Under the pieces are notes generated by a model. That model worked only from the letters and a program-made list of their open reading frames with translations, was not told where the DNA came from and did not search any database. Positions 1-9,273 of a DNA stretch of 15,189 bases are shown here, piece by piece (position 1 is the stretch's first letter; each line of letters begins with the position of its first letter). A program made the translations under genes and the position numbers. The stretch comes from Macrostomum lignano (lineage: Eukaryota): NCBI GenBank assembly GCA_002269645.1, contig NIVC01003021.1, positions 46,509 through 61,697 of the forward strand, in the 5' to 3' direction.

Positions 1-275
1 CTCCCCATCTCTCTTCCCATACCCTCTCTCTCCATCTCTCTCCCCATTTCTCTTCCCACACACCCTCTCCCATCTCTCTTCCCATACCCGCTCTCACCAT
101 CTTTCTTCCCATACCCTCTATTCCCATCTCTCTTCCCATACCCTCTCTTCCCACTCTCCCTATCTCTCTTCCCATACCCTCTCTTCCCATATCACTTTCC
201 ACTCTCCCTATCTCTCTTCCCATACCCACTCTCACCATCTCTCTTCCCACACCCTTTCTCCCCATCTCTCTTTCC
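1..275. repeat. Pyrimidine-rich degenerate minisatellite, core unit about CTCTCTTCCCATACCCT (17 bp); runs off the window start, probably intronic to the Ig gene
   Basis: CTCTCTTCCCATACCC(T) and variants recur throughout; the + strand has almost no G. Confidence 0.9.
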
Positions 276-1497
276 TTAGTCCCACACTAAAAGTACAACC
301 CTCCTTTTCTTATTGACACGCAACCTCCACTAATTAAAGGTCGTACAAATATACCCGTTTTGGACCATGCACCCCACCTATTGTCCTAAGTAGGGGCTTC
401 AGCATATACAAAAGGTATAATATATATCCCTACATTACGAGGAGCTCTAATTACCCGCATTTTCTTAAATATCCAAAAATACAGCACTTTTAGTGCCCAA
501 CAATTGGAGAGTGCGTTCAGCAGCTTTAGCGCCATCTAATTTTTTTATTCCTAGCTAAAAAAATTTAGACTGAGAGTTGTAAGTTTTTTAGCTAGGCTAG
601 AGCAAGGACTCAAGTCCTTGAGCGAGTGTCCTTGGGCGGCCGGTCTCTGCACCCTGATGCAGGGGACGGGATGCATCCCTCCCGCTATCTCCACACTAAA
701 TAGCCCTTTAAAATTTGTTTAAACGCTGAGGCAATGCACATAAGCACGGCGGGGTTAGCTGGGGTTGGATAGAGATTCCTGTTTTATAGCAAAACACCGA
801 TCGATCGTGCTCAGCAGCCTCGGCTTCTCTTCTCTTCTTCTGCGTTTGTTGAAGCAATCGATTCTGCGGATACCTCTCTGTCTCTCGGCTCTTCTGGTCC
901 TCTCTGTCTCTGCTGCTGACCACATGATTAGATTACTGTGTTTCGGTCCGGTGGCCAACAAGGGAAATGCAGAAAGGGGGGGAGAGGCCTCTAGGGGACA
1001 CGGCTTCGCCTGGATATCGCTGAGAATAGCGGTGGACATGCTTTTATTGGACCCTCATGGACTTTTGAACAGACTCAGACTCAACTTCTAGTCCAGGTTC
1101 TAGGGATTTAGCAGTCCATGCCCCATCCAAATCCAATACAGCCAACCCACGCTCTACACACGTAGGGCCGCAAGCCTGCCCGATTATGGTAATCCGACGG
1201 TTTAGGGGAAAGGAAGGCTGTGGCAAGAACGGCGACAGCTGTTCAACTCTGAGCTGGCCAGTTTGAACTGCTCACACAGTCTACTTCCTCATTCTCCACT
1301 GCTGCACAGCGGGGGGGGGCGGAAGTTGCCTCACACTAAGCTATTTCACTACTCATAAGCACTTTCATGGCTTTTTCCAATTTACACTACAATATTATGT
1401 ATGCCTTTTTTTGTTTGCTTCCGCTTCTGAGTGAAAAGTAAGGAAAAAGTGGCTTCTTTTTTATTGAAACTGCACTTTCTTGTTCACTCCATGCGTG

Positions 1498-1906
1498 TCT
1501 CACCTCACTCCCCATTCCACCCCACTCCCTGTCCCCCCCCACTCCCTGTCCCCACCTCACTCCCTGTCCCCACCCCACTCCCTGTCCCCACCTTACTCCC
1601 TGTCCCCACCTCACTCCCTGTCCCCACCTCACTCCCTGTCCCCACCTCACTCCCTGTCCCCACCTCACTTCCTGTCCCCACCTCATTCCCTATCCCCCAC
1701 CTCACTCCATGCCATCTCACTCCCTGTCCCCCACCTCACTCCCTGTCTCCACCTCACTCCCTGTTCCCCACCTCATTCCCTGTCCCCACCTCACACCCTC
1801 TCCCCCATCTCACTCCCTGTCTCACTCCCTGTCCCCCACCTCACTCCCTGTCCCCCATTTCACTCCCTGTCCCATTTCACTCCCTGTCCCACCTCACTCC
1901 CTTTCC
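1498..1906. repeat. 18-bp tandem repeat (CCCCACCTCACTCCCTGT)n in the intron upstream of the Ig exon
   Basis: Near-perfect copies at about 1549-1680, more degenerate on either side. It accounts for the repetitive ORFs PVPTSL, PPHSLS and RWGQGV in the ORF track. Confidence 0.95.
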
Positions 1907-1961
1907 CTACAAGTGAACAACCGTCTCACTCTTCGCTTCCCTACTCATACTTTCACTCCAG

Positions 1962-2184
1962 GTACCACGCTCCAGCCGACACCTTCACGAACACATTTCA
2001 CGCGGAGCACCCGTGGCACTGGAACACTCAATACGAAGCCCGGAAGGCAGCCGAGGGTCCGGGCTCGTCGCGGGTGCAGGTGCTGCAGGATGGCTCTTTG
2101 TACATCGACTATGTGACAAGAGCAGACGCTGGCCTTTACCGCTGCATCGCCGACAATGGGATCGGACCGCCGGTCGTCAGGGAG
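1962..2184 (+). CDS. Internal exon of an Ig-domain single-pass membrane protein: C-terminal half of an I-set-like immunoglobulin domain (5' exons lie outside the window)
   Basis: Acceptor tttcactccag ends at 1961 (phase 2); donor gag|GTGAGA starts at 2185 (phase 0). The translation ...RVQVLQDGSLYIDYVTRADAGLYRCIADNGIGPPVVRE has the canonical Ig D-E-F-G strand pattern (L-x-I-x-x-V...D-x-G-x-Y-x-C-x-A-x-N-x-x-G). Confidence 0.9.
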
Positions 2185-2233
2185 GTGAGAAAAGATTTAG
2201 AAAAGACGGTAAATCTAAGGAAAATCAAAATTA

Positions 2234-2560
2234 GAACCCGTCGGACATTACACATTAGTATCTATCGGACACCCTATTAGAATCTAACCAACACCTCTCA
2301 TTAGAATGTAGTAGGCACCAAAATTAGGTACTTTGGTACATCCCACGTTAGTATCCAACGGACATCTTACAAGGTCCCAACTGACACCTCACATAAGAAT
2401 CCAAAGGACTCCTCACATGAGAACCCAACAAAAAACCTCACTTTAGAATCCAACGGACACCTCATATGATAACCCAACGAAAAACCTCACCTTTAGTATC
2501 CAACGGACACCTCACTTTAGAATCCAGCAGCATCTTACATAAGAACCCAATGGACATCCC
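2234..2560. repeat. Degenerate ~24-bp minisatellite (consensus about GAATCCAACGGACACCTCACATTA), about 14 units, filling most of intron 2185-2589
   Basis: Head-to-tail units of about 22-26 bp, e.g. gaatccaacggacacctcatatga and gtatccaacggacacctcacttta, with no unique spacers. Confidence 0.85.
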
Positions 2561-2589
2561 ACCACAAACACCGCCTCTCCATCCGACAG

Positions 2590-3039
2590 CTGGTGTTTAC
2601 TCTCAAATACGAAGTGCTACGCGAGGTCAAGAAGTACGGCATGATGGTGGGTGCACTAAGCGCAGCCTCCCTACTCTGCATCGCCGTAGTCATCGGCCTA
2701 ACCCGCCTGATCATCAGGAAATGCTCAGAGAAGGAACGGCGAAAGCAGAAGTCAATCAAGGAGATGCTGGAACACCTTGAAGCCTACCGTGGCGCCAAGA
2801 TGGAGCAGCTGCGCGAATGCAAAGATTGGTTCCGAACCTACCGGCACAACCAGCTGGACAACTACAACGCCAGGGTCGGCAAAGTCAAGGAGGCCTGCGT
2901 TGGCAACATGATGCTCATGCAGGAGCACTACAATAGACGCATCGCCAAGATCCGCGACCACTGCGACTGCCAGATTGAACGGCTGAGGGAGAGCTACAAT
3001 AGCCAGATGAGCCGAATCAAGGACTACAAGTCGAACCAG
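2590..3039 (+). CDS. Exon of the Ig membrane protein: transmembrane helix plus the start of the cytoplasmic 22-aa repeat region
   Basis: Acceptor ccatccgacag ends at 2589 and donor cag|GTGGGT starts at 3040; both phase 0 and in frame with the flanking exons. Hydrophobic MMVGALSAASLLCIAVVIGLT (2641-2703) is followed by basic RLIIRK, as expected for a type I TM segment under the positive-inside rule. GC3-rich codons. Confidence 0.88.
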
Positions 3040-3689
3040 GTGGGTTTTTTAAGTAAAGCACCATCTTGTCGGGACTGCCGTCCTGCATCCTCGTGTCTAT
3101 GGAACTCTATGGGGGAGTGAGCTTTGGCCATAGACAATGGTCTGGGGATTGATTGCTGATTAGTTCATCATTGACCTTAGTTAGTTACACTCCACAATGT
3201 TGTTAGTTGACACGCTGCAAAAGGCTACAGTCAACCAACAATACTTAAAACAACAATACGAAGAAGTAACCTAAGGCCTAATAGTGTTACCAGGTTCAAA
3301 TTCAGCGTATCGTCTCGAGCACCTGATTAAATGTACTTTACAGTGCAGGGTTGAGACATGGAATAGTTCAGCTGTCCATGAGAATACTATTAATGAAATT
3401 CTGGCTGACCAAATGCTCGTAGCAACTGACTGGAAACCCAAAATGGAGGCCAAGTGCACTTAGGGAAATCAATAATTCAGTAGAGCGAGAGACAAGACTG
3501 AGAGAGCCTCTCCAACTGGATTGTAACGATTGTCGCTGCAACCTTAGTCCTCCAGTTGCCCTCTCCCACGTGTATTCCATTGATTTTTTACTGTCCGCAC
3601 TTTAAGGATATCACCTTTATTGAGCTTGTCCACCTCCAATAGTGAATATTATTACTTTCAAAGTTTCAGCTGTGAACTGTTGATTATAA

Positions 3690-3765
3690 TAACTCGTCTA
3701 ATACTCATCAAAACTCGATTATACTCGTAAACAAGAACCGAGAACCGACTACTCGCCCAGCCCTG
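3690..3765. mobile_element. Possible solo end of a hAT-like DNA transposon/MITE
   Basis: ACTCG occurs four times (3692, 3713, 3723, 3751) and the segment ends in ...CTCGCCCAGCCCTG (reverse complement CAGGGCTGGGCGAG, a hAT-style terminus). No matching other end found. Confidence 0.3.
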
Positions 3766-4086
3766 CTCAGTGTCTAAGTTCTTGGATCCAATTCGTGGCA
3801 CTATAGGAGCGTATAGGATTAACATTAATACATTAATACATTAATTTTGTCCTCACGCATGGAAAAGAAATTGGCCCCAGGGCTTGTCGTTGAAAGGATC
3901 ATTATGGACCAACTTCCCAAGCCACAGTGTGTATGTGCCTGTCGAATATAGAGTTAGGCCCGCTTGCTTACCTTGTGACTGAGTACTGTGACTGTGACCA
4001 TCGATGCTACTTTTCCTGTGAAGATTATCTAGTAGTTTTAATATTATTCTTCTCTCTTCTCTTGCACGTTGTCGAGGTCAAACATT

Positions 4087-4368
4087 AGGGCCACTAGAAG
4101 TTACCGTTGTATCAGGACGCAACGCTCCCAAAATATTGCAAAATTATTCGAATGCCCGCTTGCTTGCACTACAGCTAGTCTTTTTTTCGCCAGGTTTTTT
4201 TTCGAAAATTTGTTCTCTTTAAGATGACACAAACATTGGCCCCATATCTACATGTAGGGAACGGCAGGCGTACAGTAAAGCATTGGTTTTTGCAGACAAA
4301 AAGCCTTCAAAACATTTTGCAATATTTACGAGAGTTACGTCCTGATACAACGGTAAGATATAGTGGGC
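4087..4368. mobile_element. MITE (non-autonomous DNA transposon) of about 280 bp with ~55-bp imperfect terminal inverted repeats
   Basis: The left arm gggccactagaagttaccgttgtatcaggacgcaacgctcccaaaatattgcaaaat (4088-4144) pairs with the right arm attttgcaatatttacgagagttacgtcctgatacaacggtaagatatagtgggcc (4314-4369). An 8-bp direct repeat CAAACATT flanks it (4079-4086, 4369-4376). No coding capacity. Confidence 0.75.
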
Positions 4369-4689
4369 CAAACATTCAGAAAGCATTTTTGCGAAAACAT
4401 TATGAACGATTTTTTCGAAATTGAATAATTAATTCAATATCCTGCACACGGTTTCTTTGAGGAAAATCATGAGCTAGCGTCAAAGGTGGACACTTTTAAG
4501 CATAGGACCTACAGCCGTACACTACACACTGGACCCGAGAGTTTGTCATGACTTAGTAAGCTGATTTCTCACAGAATAGGCGCAGGCACTTGCTCCTAGC
4601 TATGCTAATAATTCTGCTCGATGCCAACTTTCCCGCACTCAAACAGTTTCATAGGGATAGTAGCACGGTGCATTCTGTGTATTCCTCAG

Positions 4690-5256
4690 GTGGAGCGAGT
4701 TCGTGAGCAGTACAACCAGCAGCTGCTGCGCATCAAAGACTACGCGGCCACCCAACTGGAGCGGCTGCGAGACCAGTACAAAGCTCAGCAGGCTTACCTG
4801 CTCAAGGCGCTGGACTCCGTGGCCTTCGATAACTGCATGACAACGGCCGCGACAGATAAGCAACTGCTGAACTTCCGACTGGACATCACGCCAGAGACTA
4901 GCGACTCGGAGGATGCTGCCACCATCGGAGTAGGAGGCAACTCGGCGCTGCCTCACTTCCAGGCTGGTGGCGGCGACGAGGACACCGAGGACTTTGTCAC
5001 GGCCATCGGAGACGACGGCGACTCGCGTCTGGACTTTGACAGCAACTACGATCCAGAAGACAACAGCACCGACTGCAACGACGAAGACGATGACTCGGGC
5101 GTCTCCTCCCAGCGGATTGTTGTCGAGGCAGAGGTCCTGCCGCCGCCGCCGCCCCCGCCACCGGAAGCGCCGTCGCTGCCTCTCGCTACGTTCAGCGCCT
5201 CGCTGCCGAACCTGTCGGCCTCCGTGAGCTCCGCCAGGACTGCCGTGGAGATCTGA
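4690..5256 (+). CDS. Last coding exon of the Ig membrane protein: remaining 22-aa repeats, acidic low-complexity region and poly-Pro
   Basis: Acceptor gtattcctcag ends at 4689 (phase 0). The splice joins ...IKDYKSNQ|VERVREQYNQ... and continues the repeat register exactly. TGA at 5254-5256. Confidence 0.88.
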   Translation: MERVREQYNQQLLRIKDYAATQLERLRDQYKAQQAYLLKALDSVAFDNCMTTAATDKQLLNFRLDITPETSDSEDAATIGVGGNSALPHFQAGGGDEDTEDFVTAIGDDGDSRLDFDSNYDPEDNSTDCNDEDDDSGVSSQRIVVEAEVLPPPPPPPPEAPSLPLATFSASLPNLSASVSSARTAVEI

Positions 5257-6534
5257 ACTTGCGAGAGGTCAAGATGAGAGATAATCGATTGATTGAGCTT
5301 TTGAATGGTCGAGCAGACAGCCATGTTGGCGTTGACACTCCTTGAGCGACGGAATTAACCAGACTGAAAGCCCGTAGAATGTAGGGCGCATAATGGATTT
5401 TATTCACTATTAAGTTATGAAAGACTTCAATATAATAAGATAGTCGACTTAAACCGCGTATCCAAATCGTCATACAAACACTACGGAAGAAGTATTTTCG
5501 GCTATAAAAAACGCTACCAAAATGACAGAGATTTTTCCTTAACATTTGTTGTAACAGTCTTTACGAGTATACGATTAGAGCACAGATCTTCAGAGCACTC
5601 GATCGAATATCTGCACCAATGCTTTTTCACCAAAACGTCACACAACTCTGTCGTTTTATTGTTGTTGTACTGAATACTTTCCCTGCCGCAGTTTCAAATT
5701 ATTGCTGTTACAGCCAAGCAAAGGCGACCCATTTTTTGTGTAGCAACCGCAGCACCGTTGGACTTTCTGATTCCGCTATAGCAAACTCCCAATCTAATGA
5801 GCTCCCACTGAGTCGGAAGCAAGTTTGATGTACGAATTTCTTTCAGGACTTTTTTCCGCCTCCATGGCTAATTAGTTTATTCAAACAGCATGCATAAATC
5901 GCGTTATAAAATTTGCAGGTGAACTGCGCGGACTATTTATGCACCATCAACTCTAAACCAGCCTGACAACGTGTACTTTTCCTATCTATTTTTATATCAA
6001 AAAGACAACAATTTTTTGTCACTAAAAGTGTGAAGCATCAACCGATTTACTGGAAGCGCTCCCGCTTGTACTTACTATTGTAAGCGCCAATATTGTATAC
6101 TATTGTTACCCGAACCCTTTTGTTTAACAGGAAACTCACAAAATATTATGCTAAAAAAAGAACACACCGACCTATCTGAATTCACTGCGTATACGATATC
6201 CCTATATATATATACTCGTACTTATGGTTGTTGTCGTCTTGCGTTTTACTAAGCTGAGCACTCAGGCTGTTTTTCCTCATTTGTTTAAATTAGACCAACT
6301 CAGTTTTGTCGGCTTCGATCCGGAGAAATAAACAAATAAACAAACTAATTAAATAATTAAGAGATCAAGCGGAGAGTAGATAGTCATAGTTGATTTGCTA
6401 TTCACATCGGATTTTGTTACTTCGAATTCATTTTGTTTTTTTATTTTGCACTTATCGATGCTTTTAATTTGGTTTTTGCTTTGTTGAGGCAGCAATCCAA
6501 AGCCCCCATGACAACGACAACAACAAGCGAGCCA

Positions 6535-6774
6535 GAGCGGGCACAGCAGGCAGGCCACGTATCGACAGGTTTGCGCCAGGCCTCGCCTCAACGAGCCCTG
6601 CAAAGTGAGCAGCAGGACATCCTGCAGAGGCTGGGGACATCAGCTCTCGGCTGGCATCATGTGGGACCGCCAGTTAAAGTTGTCCCCGGCATGGGATGGT
6701 GGCTGTCTGGTGCCCTACGTGGTGGAGAGGACATCCGGCGGCGCAGAGGACTCTCCTGGGTGGCCTACCGATCT
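6535..6774 (+). mobile_element. Probable decayed fragment of a non-LTR (RTE-like LINE) reverse transcriptase, C-terminal RT/thumb region
   Basis: GC-rich island. GGCLVPYVVE (6698-6727) is followed, after a frameshift, by EDIRRRRGLSWVAYRS (6727-6774). This resembles the LINE segment after the YLG motif (E-[DI]-x-x-R-x-x-x-A-W-x-A-F). Upstream ERAQQ...VSTGLR is loosely like the 'AQ...(S/V)GL.(I/L)N' segment. No YADD found; recognised from memory, not from a search. Confidence 0.4.
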
Positions 6775-7293
6775 ACCGAGCAGAACGATGGTACTAAACA
6801 GTCCCGGTTTTCGCTGAAAAATGCATGGATGAGATAAGAAGTTTTCCGTTTTTCATCATCTCAGACGGATTTCAGTTCAGAAGTAGATTTGCTTTTCGAA
6901 TAACGTTATATTTTAACATTTTACACGTATGATAAATAAGGTTTTATGATAGACAAGTTGTCGGGAATAAAAGACACTATCAACAGAAATTTTCTATGCG
7001 AAATTCGGCCCTCAAATATTTTTTCATACTATGCGACTGTTACCTGATAATAATATTTATAGGGCACCTTGGTCTCACAACCAGCGCTGACGACAATTCT
7101 GCCCATTGCGCGTCAATACTGTGTACACAGGCCCTCACTCATGCACACGCTCACACAGGGGTGCACAGCGGCCCTGACTTTCTAGTACACAAGCCCCAAA
7201 TAAATTTGTCTTTGCTGTTGCACGGAATCAAACCAGGGGTCGTGACGCAACAGTCGGGCGAGTGTACCGCAAAGCTACTCTGCATGTCCCTAA

Positions 7294-7333
7294 TTACGTC
7301 CTGATACAACGGTAACTTCTAGATGGTCCTTAA
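7294..7333 (-). mobile_element. Solo terminal-inverted-repeat copy of the 4087-4368 MITE family
   Basis: 7297-7322 is the exact reverse complement of 4094-4119 (26 nt), and 7294-7315 is identical to 4335-4356 (22 nt). It ends in ...GGTCC followed by TTAA. Confidence 0.7.
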
Positions 7334-8356
7334 TCTGATCTCTGCGAAAGTTTGTTGGCTATAGGATAGCTCACCTCTGTCAAATTCGTAAACATTCTAT
7401 CAATATTTATTGAGATCTTTTCTGACGAAATCAGTTCTAGCAAAAAAATCCCGAGGCGCCGCGATAATCCAAATCAGGCCTTGGTTTGGCTTCTGAGCTG
7501 AATGAATGCCCGCAAGTGATTGAGGCACCTGTCTATCACGGACGCAATACTCAGTTCTGGCTCGCATGAGGGGTTTAGACTATCTGTAATAGGCTTTTGA
7601 CGCAACAGCTGGCTTCCTGAAGTTCCTGTGCATGGAGCAAAAAAGCAACCTTACGAGTTTGCTTCCTCAAATCCCTCAGCTATACTAATCCATTTCGTTG
7701 ATTATTTCTGGTCGCAGCTGTCGCTAATCCCAATCTGCTCTCAAGGAGGAAAATTGGATATAAATCCCCATTTTCCGAGATCGATAGCTCAGCCGCTTTA
7801 AGGTATCCGTTTTGCAAAAAAAGGAAAATTCTTTTGGCCAACTGGATTTGTATTCGCTTCGATTTGCAAAGGTAAGGTTGTGTTCCCTTCTTGATCTCTA
7901 GTGTTTCAACATCGAAGCTTGCCGTTTAGAATGAGTATATGATTTTAATTAAAATCGACACGTCCCAAAAAATTTCAGTATGTTTCCATGTTTCTCTCTA
8001 CCTTCTTATCTTTAATTGAGAACAAGCGATATAGCCTACAAAATTTAAAGAAGCTTCTTTGAAGTTGGATGTGAATCCACAATGGAGCTGAATTTGGGGC
8101 CCAATCTGACAGCTAACTGAAACTGACAGCTTAACGGCTCAAGATACATGCATCTAGAAACAAGGCCTAATAAGGAGGCTTGGACGGGATGTCTCGGTGC
8201 TTCTAATTACCTGGGCCGATAAGCCATCAATACCAATGCTAAGTTCAAATTCCCTATGTTAACTCCGCTTCCTTACAAACCATGCAGTGAAACCCTGCTG
8301 CCAGCCAACCAAACCCCGACTCTTCGATCAGCAGCAACACAATTCGAACTGATCAA

Positions 8357-8639
8357 ATGTTGGAGAAGCTCGCAACGGCAGCGCAGCGGCTCCTGCTGCC
8401 GCTGTTGCTGACGCTGATGTTGGCGTCTGATCCCACCGACGCCGTTGTGACATCGGCGCCGGGTCAGATGAGTCTGTGCACCGGTTCCAGCCGCTACCAG
8501 TGCATCCAGTCCTGCTACGACAAGGGAATGCGGCTGGTCACGATCAAGGATCTGGCCACTAACAACCGAGTGAAAGCGTTCCTGCTCGGCAAGAAGGTTG
8601 AGAAGGCCTACGTTGGCATGGACGATCAGGCGCGAGAAG
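8357..8639 (+). CDS. C-type lectin-domain secreted protein, exon 1 (signal peptide plus N-terminal half of the CTLD)
   Basis: ATG in caaATG context; signal-peptide-like RLLLPLLLTLMLA..TDA; CTLD pattern C(YDKG)MRLVTIKDLATNNRV...AYVGMDD (C...L.TI....N..V...W/Y-I/V-G-L/M); donor gaag|GTGAGG at 8640 (phase 1). Confidence 0.85.
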
Positions 8640-8781
8640 GTGAGGCGCGGATAGTGTAGGCAGGCACACACTCATATACACGATCACACAGGGTGTAGAG
8701 CATCCCTGACATGTACATTTTCTGGGCCTTAAGAGGTTTGGAGGTTGAATTGCACAACAAATCGCTGTCTAATTTTTGTGC

Positions 8782-8863
8782 AAAAAGCCCCAAACGAATC
8801 TGGAATCGAACCTGCGAGTCACGGCGCGAGAGACAGACAAGTTACCGCTGACCTGCTCTGCCC
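8782..8863 (-). mobile_element. tRNA-derived SINE head or tRNA pseudogene, antisense within lectin intron 1
   Basis: The minus strand reads GGGCAGAG-CAGGTCAGCGGTAA (A-box-like)...GCAGGTTCGATTCCAGA, with a consensus B box GGTTCGATTCC at 8812-8802 at tRNA-like spacing, then TTTTT at 8786-8782. The stems are too mismatched for a functional tRNA. Confidence 0.6.
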
Positions 8864-9273
8864 TCGAAACTAAAAGTAGTATCGTACGAAATCTAGGCAT
8901 GACTTGCAGCGCAATTTTGTTACTCAAACTACGGACAACTAAAATATGAGGATACTTACACTCGCTGATTTCTGGGATTTCAGTATTAAATTGATTTGAC
9001 AATATTTCACCTTCTGGGCTTCCGAATTTAAGTGAAGAAAGTGTGTATTGCGTCCGAGAATATAGCATTGAAGACCGACACCAAGTATAATGCTTAGGCG
9101 TTCTTTAGACGTCCGGATTTCACACAGATTCGCTTCTTCAATACGTTTTAGAGTAGACAAGCTCGATCAAGACTGTACTTCTATTATACTTTATATGTTT
9201 ATGACTCAAAATCAGTGTCAACTCCACTAAGCCTGGCAGCTTGGACCAAAACCGAACTGAATGCCCTTTACAG

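Noticed and set aside
708-1226. Overlapping ORFs including a hydrophobic 108-aa ORF (765-1091); possible LTR or upstream receptor exon
   Set aside because: Hydrophobicity comes from CT-rich sequence; no recognisable motif, no Ig A-B-C strand pattern, no TG..CA/PBS/PPT arrangement
1387-1916. ORFs 1387-1686(-), 1431-1916(+), 1505-1720(-) and the N-terminal part of 1480-2280(+)
   Set aside because: They are translations of the 18-bp tandem repeat (in frame because 18 is a multiple of 3); only 1962-2184 has splice sites and domain homology
2234-2560. Regularly spaced ~24-bp repeats resembling a CRISPR array
   Set aside because: Units are head-to-tail with no unique spacers, are degenerate, and lie in a spliceosomal intron; no cas genes
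4224-4424. 66-aa ORF overlapping the MITE
   Set aside because: Short, AT-rich, runs through the TIR, with no transposase motif
6698-6750. LVPYVVERTSGG resembles the ClpP N-terminus
   Set aside because: The following YDIYSRLL motif is absent; the adjacent frame fits a LINE RT relic better
8939-9160. Minus-strand LKRIEEANL resembling a Gypsy RT segment
   Set aside because: Only about 9 residues; no following KC.F...V.YLG or preceding YLDD in any frame I checked
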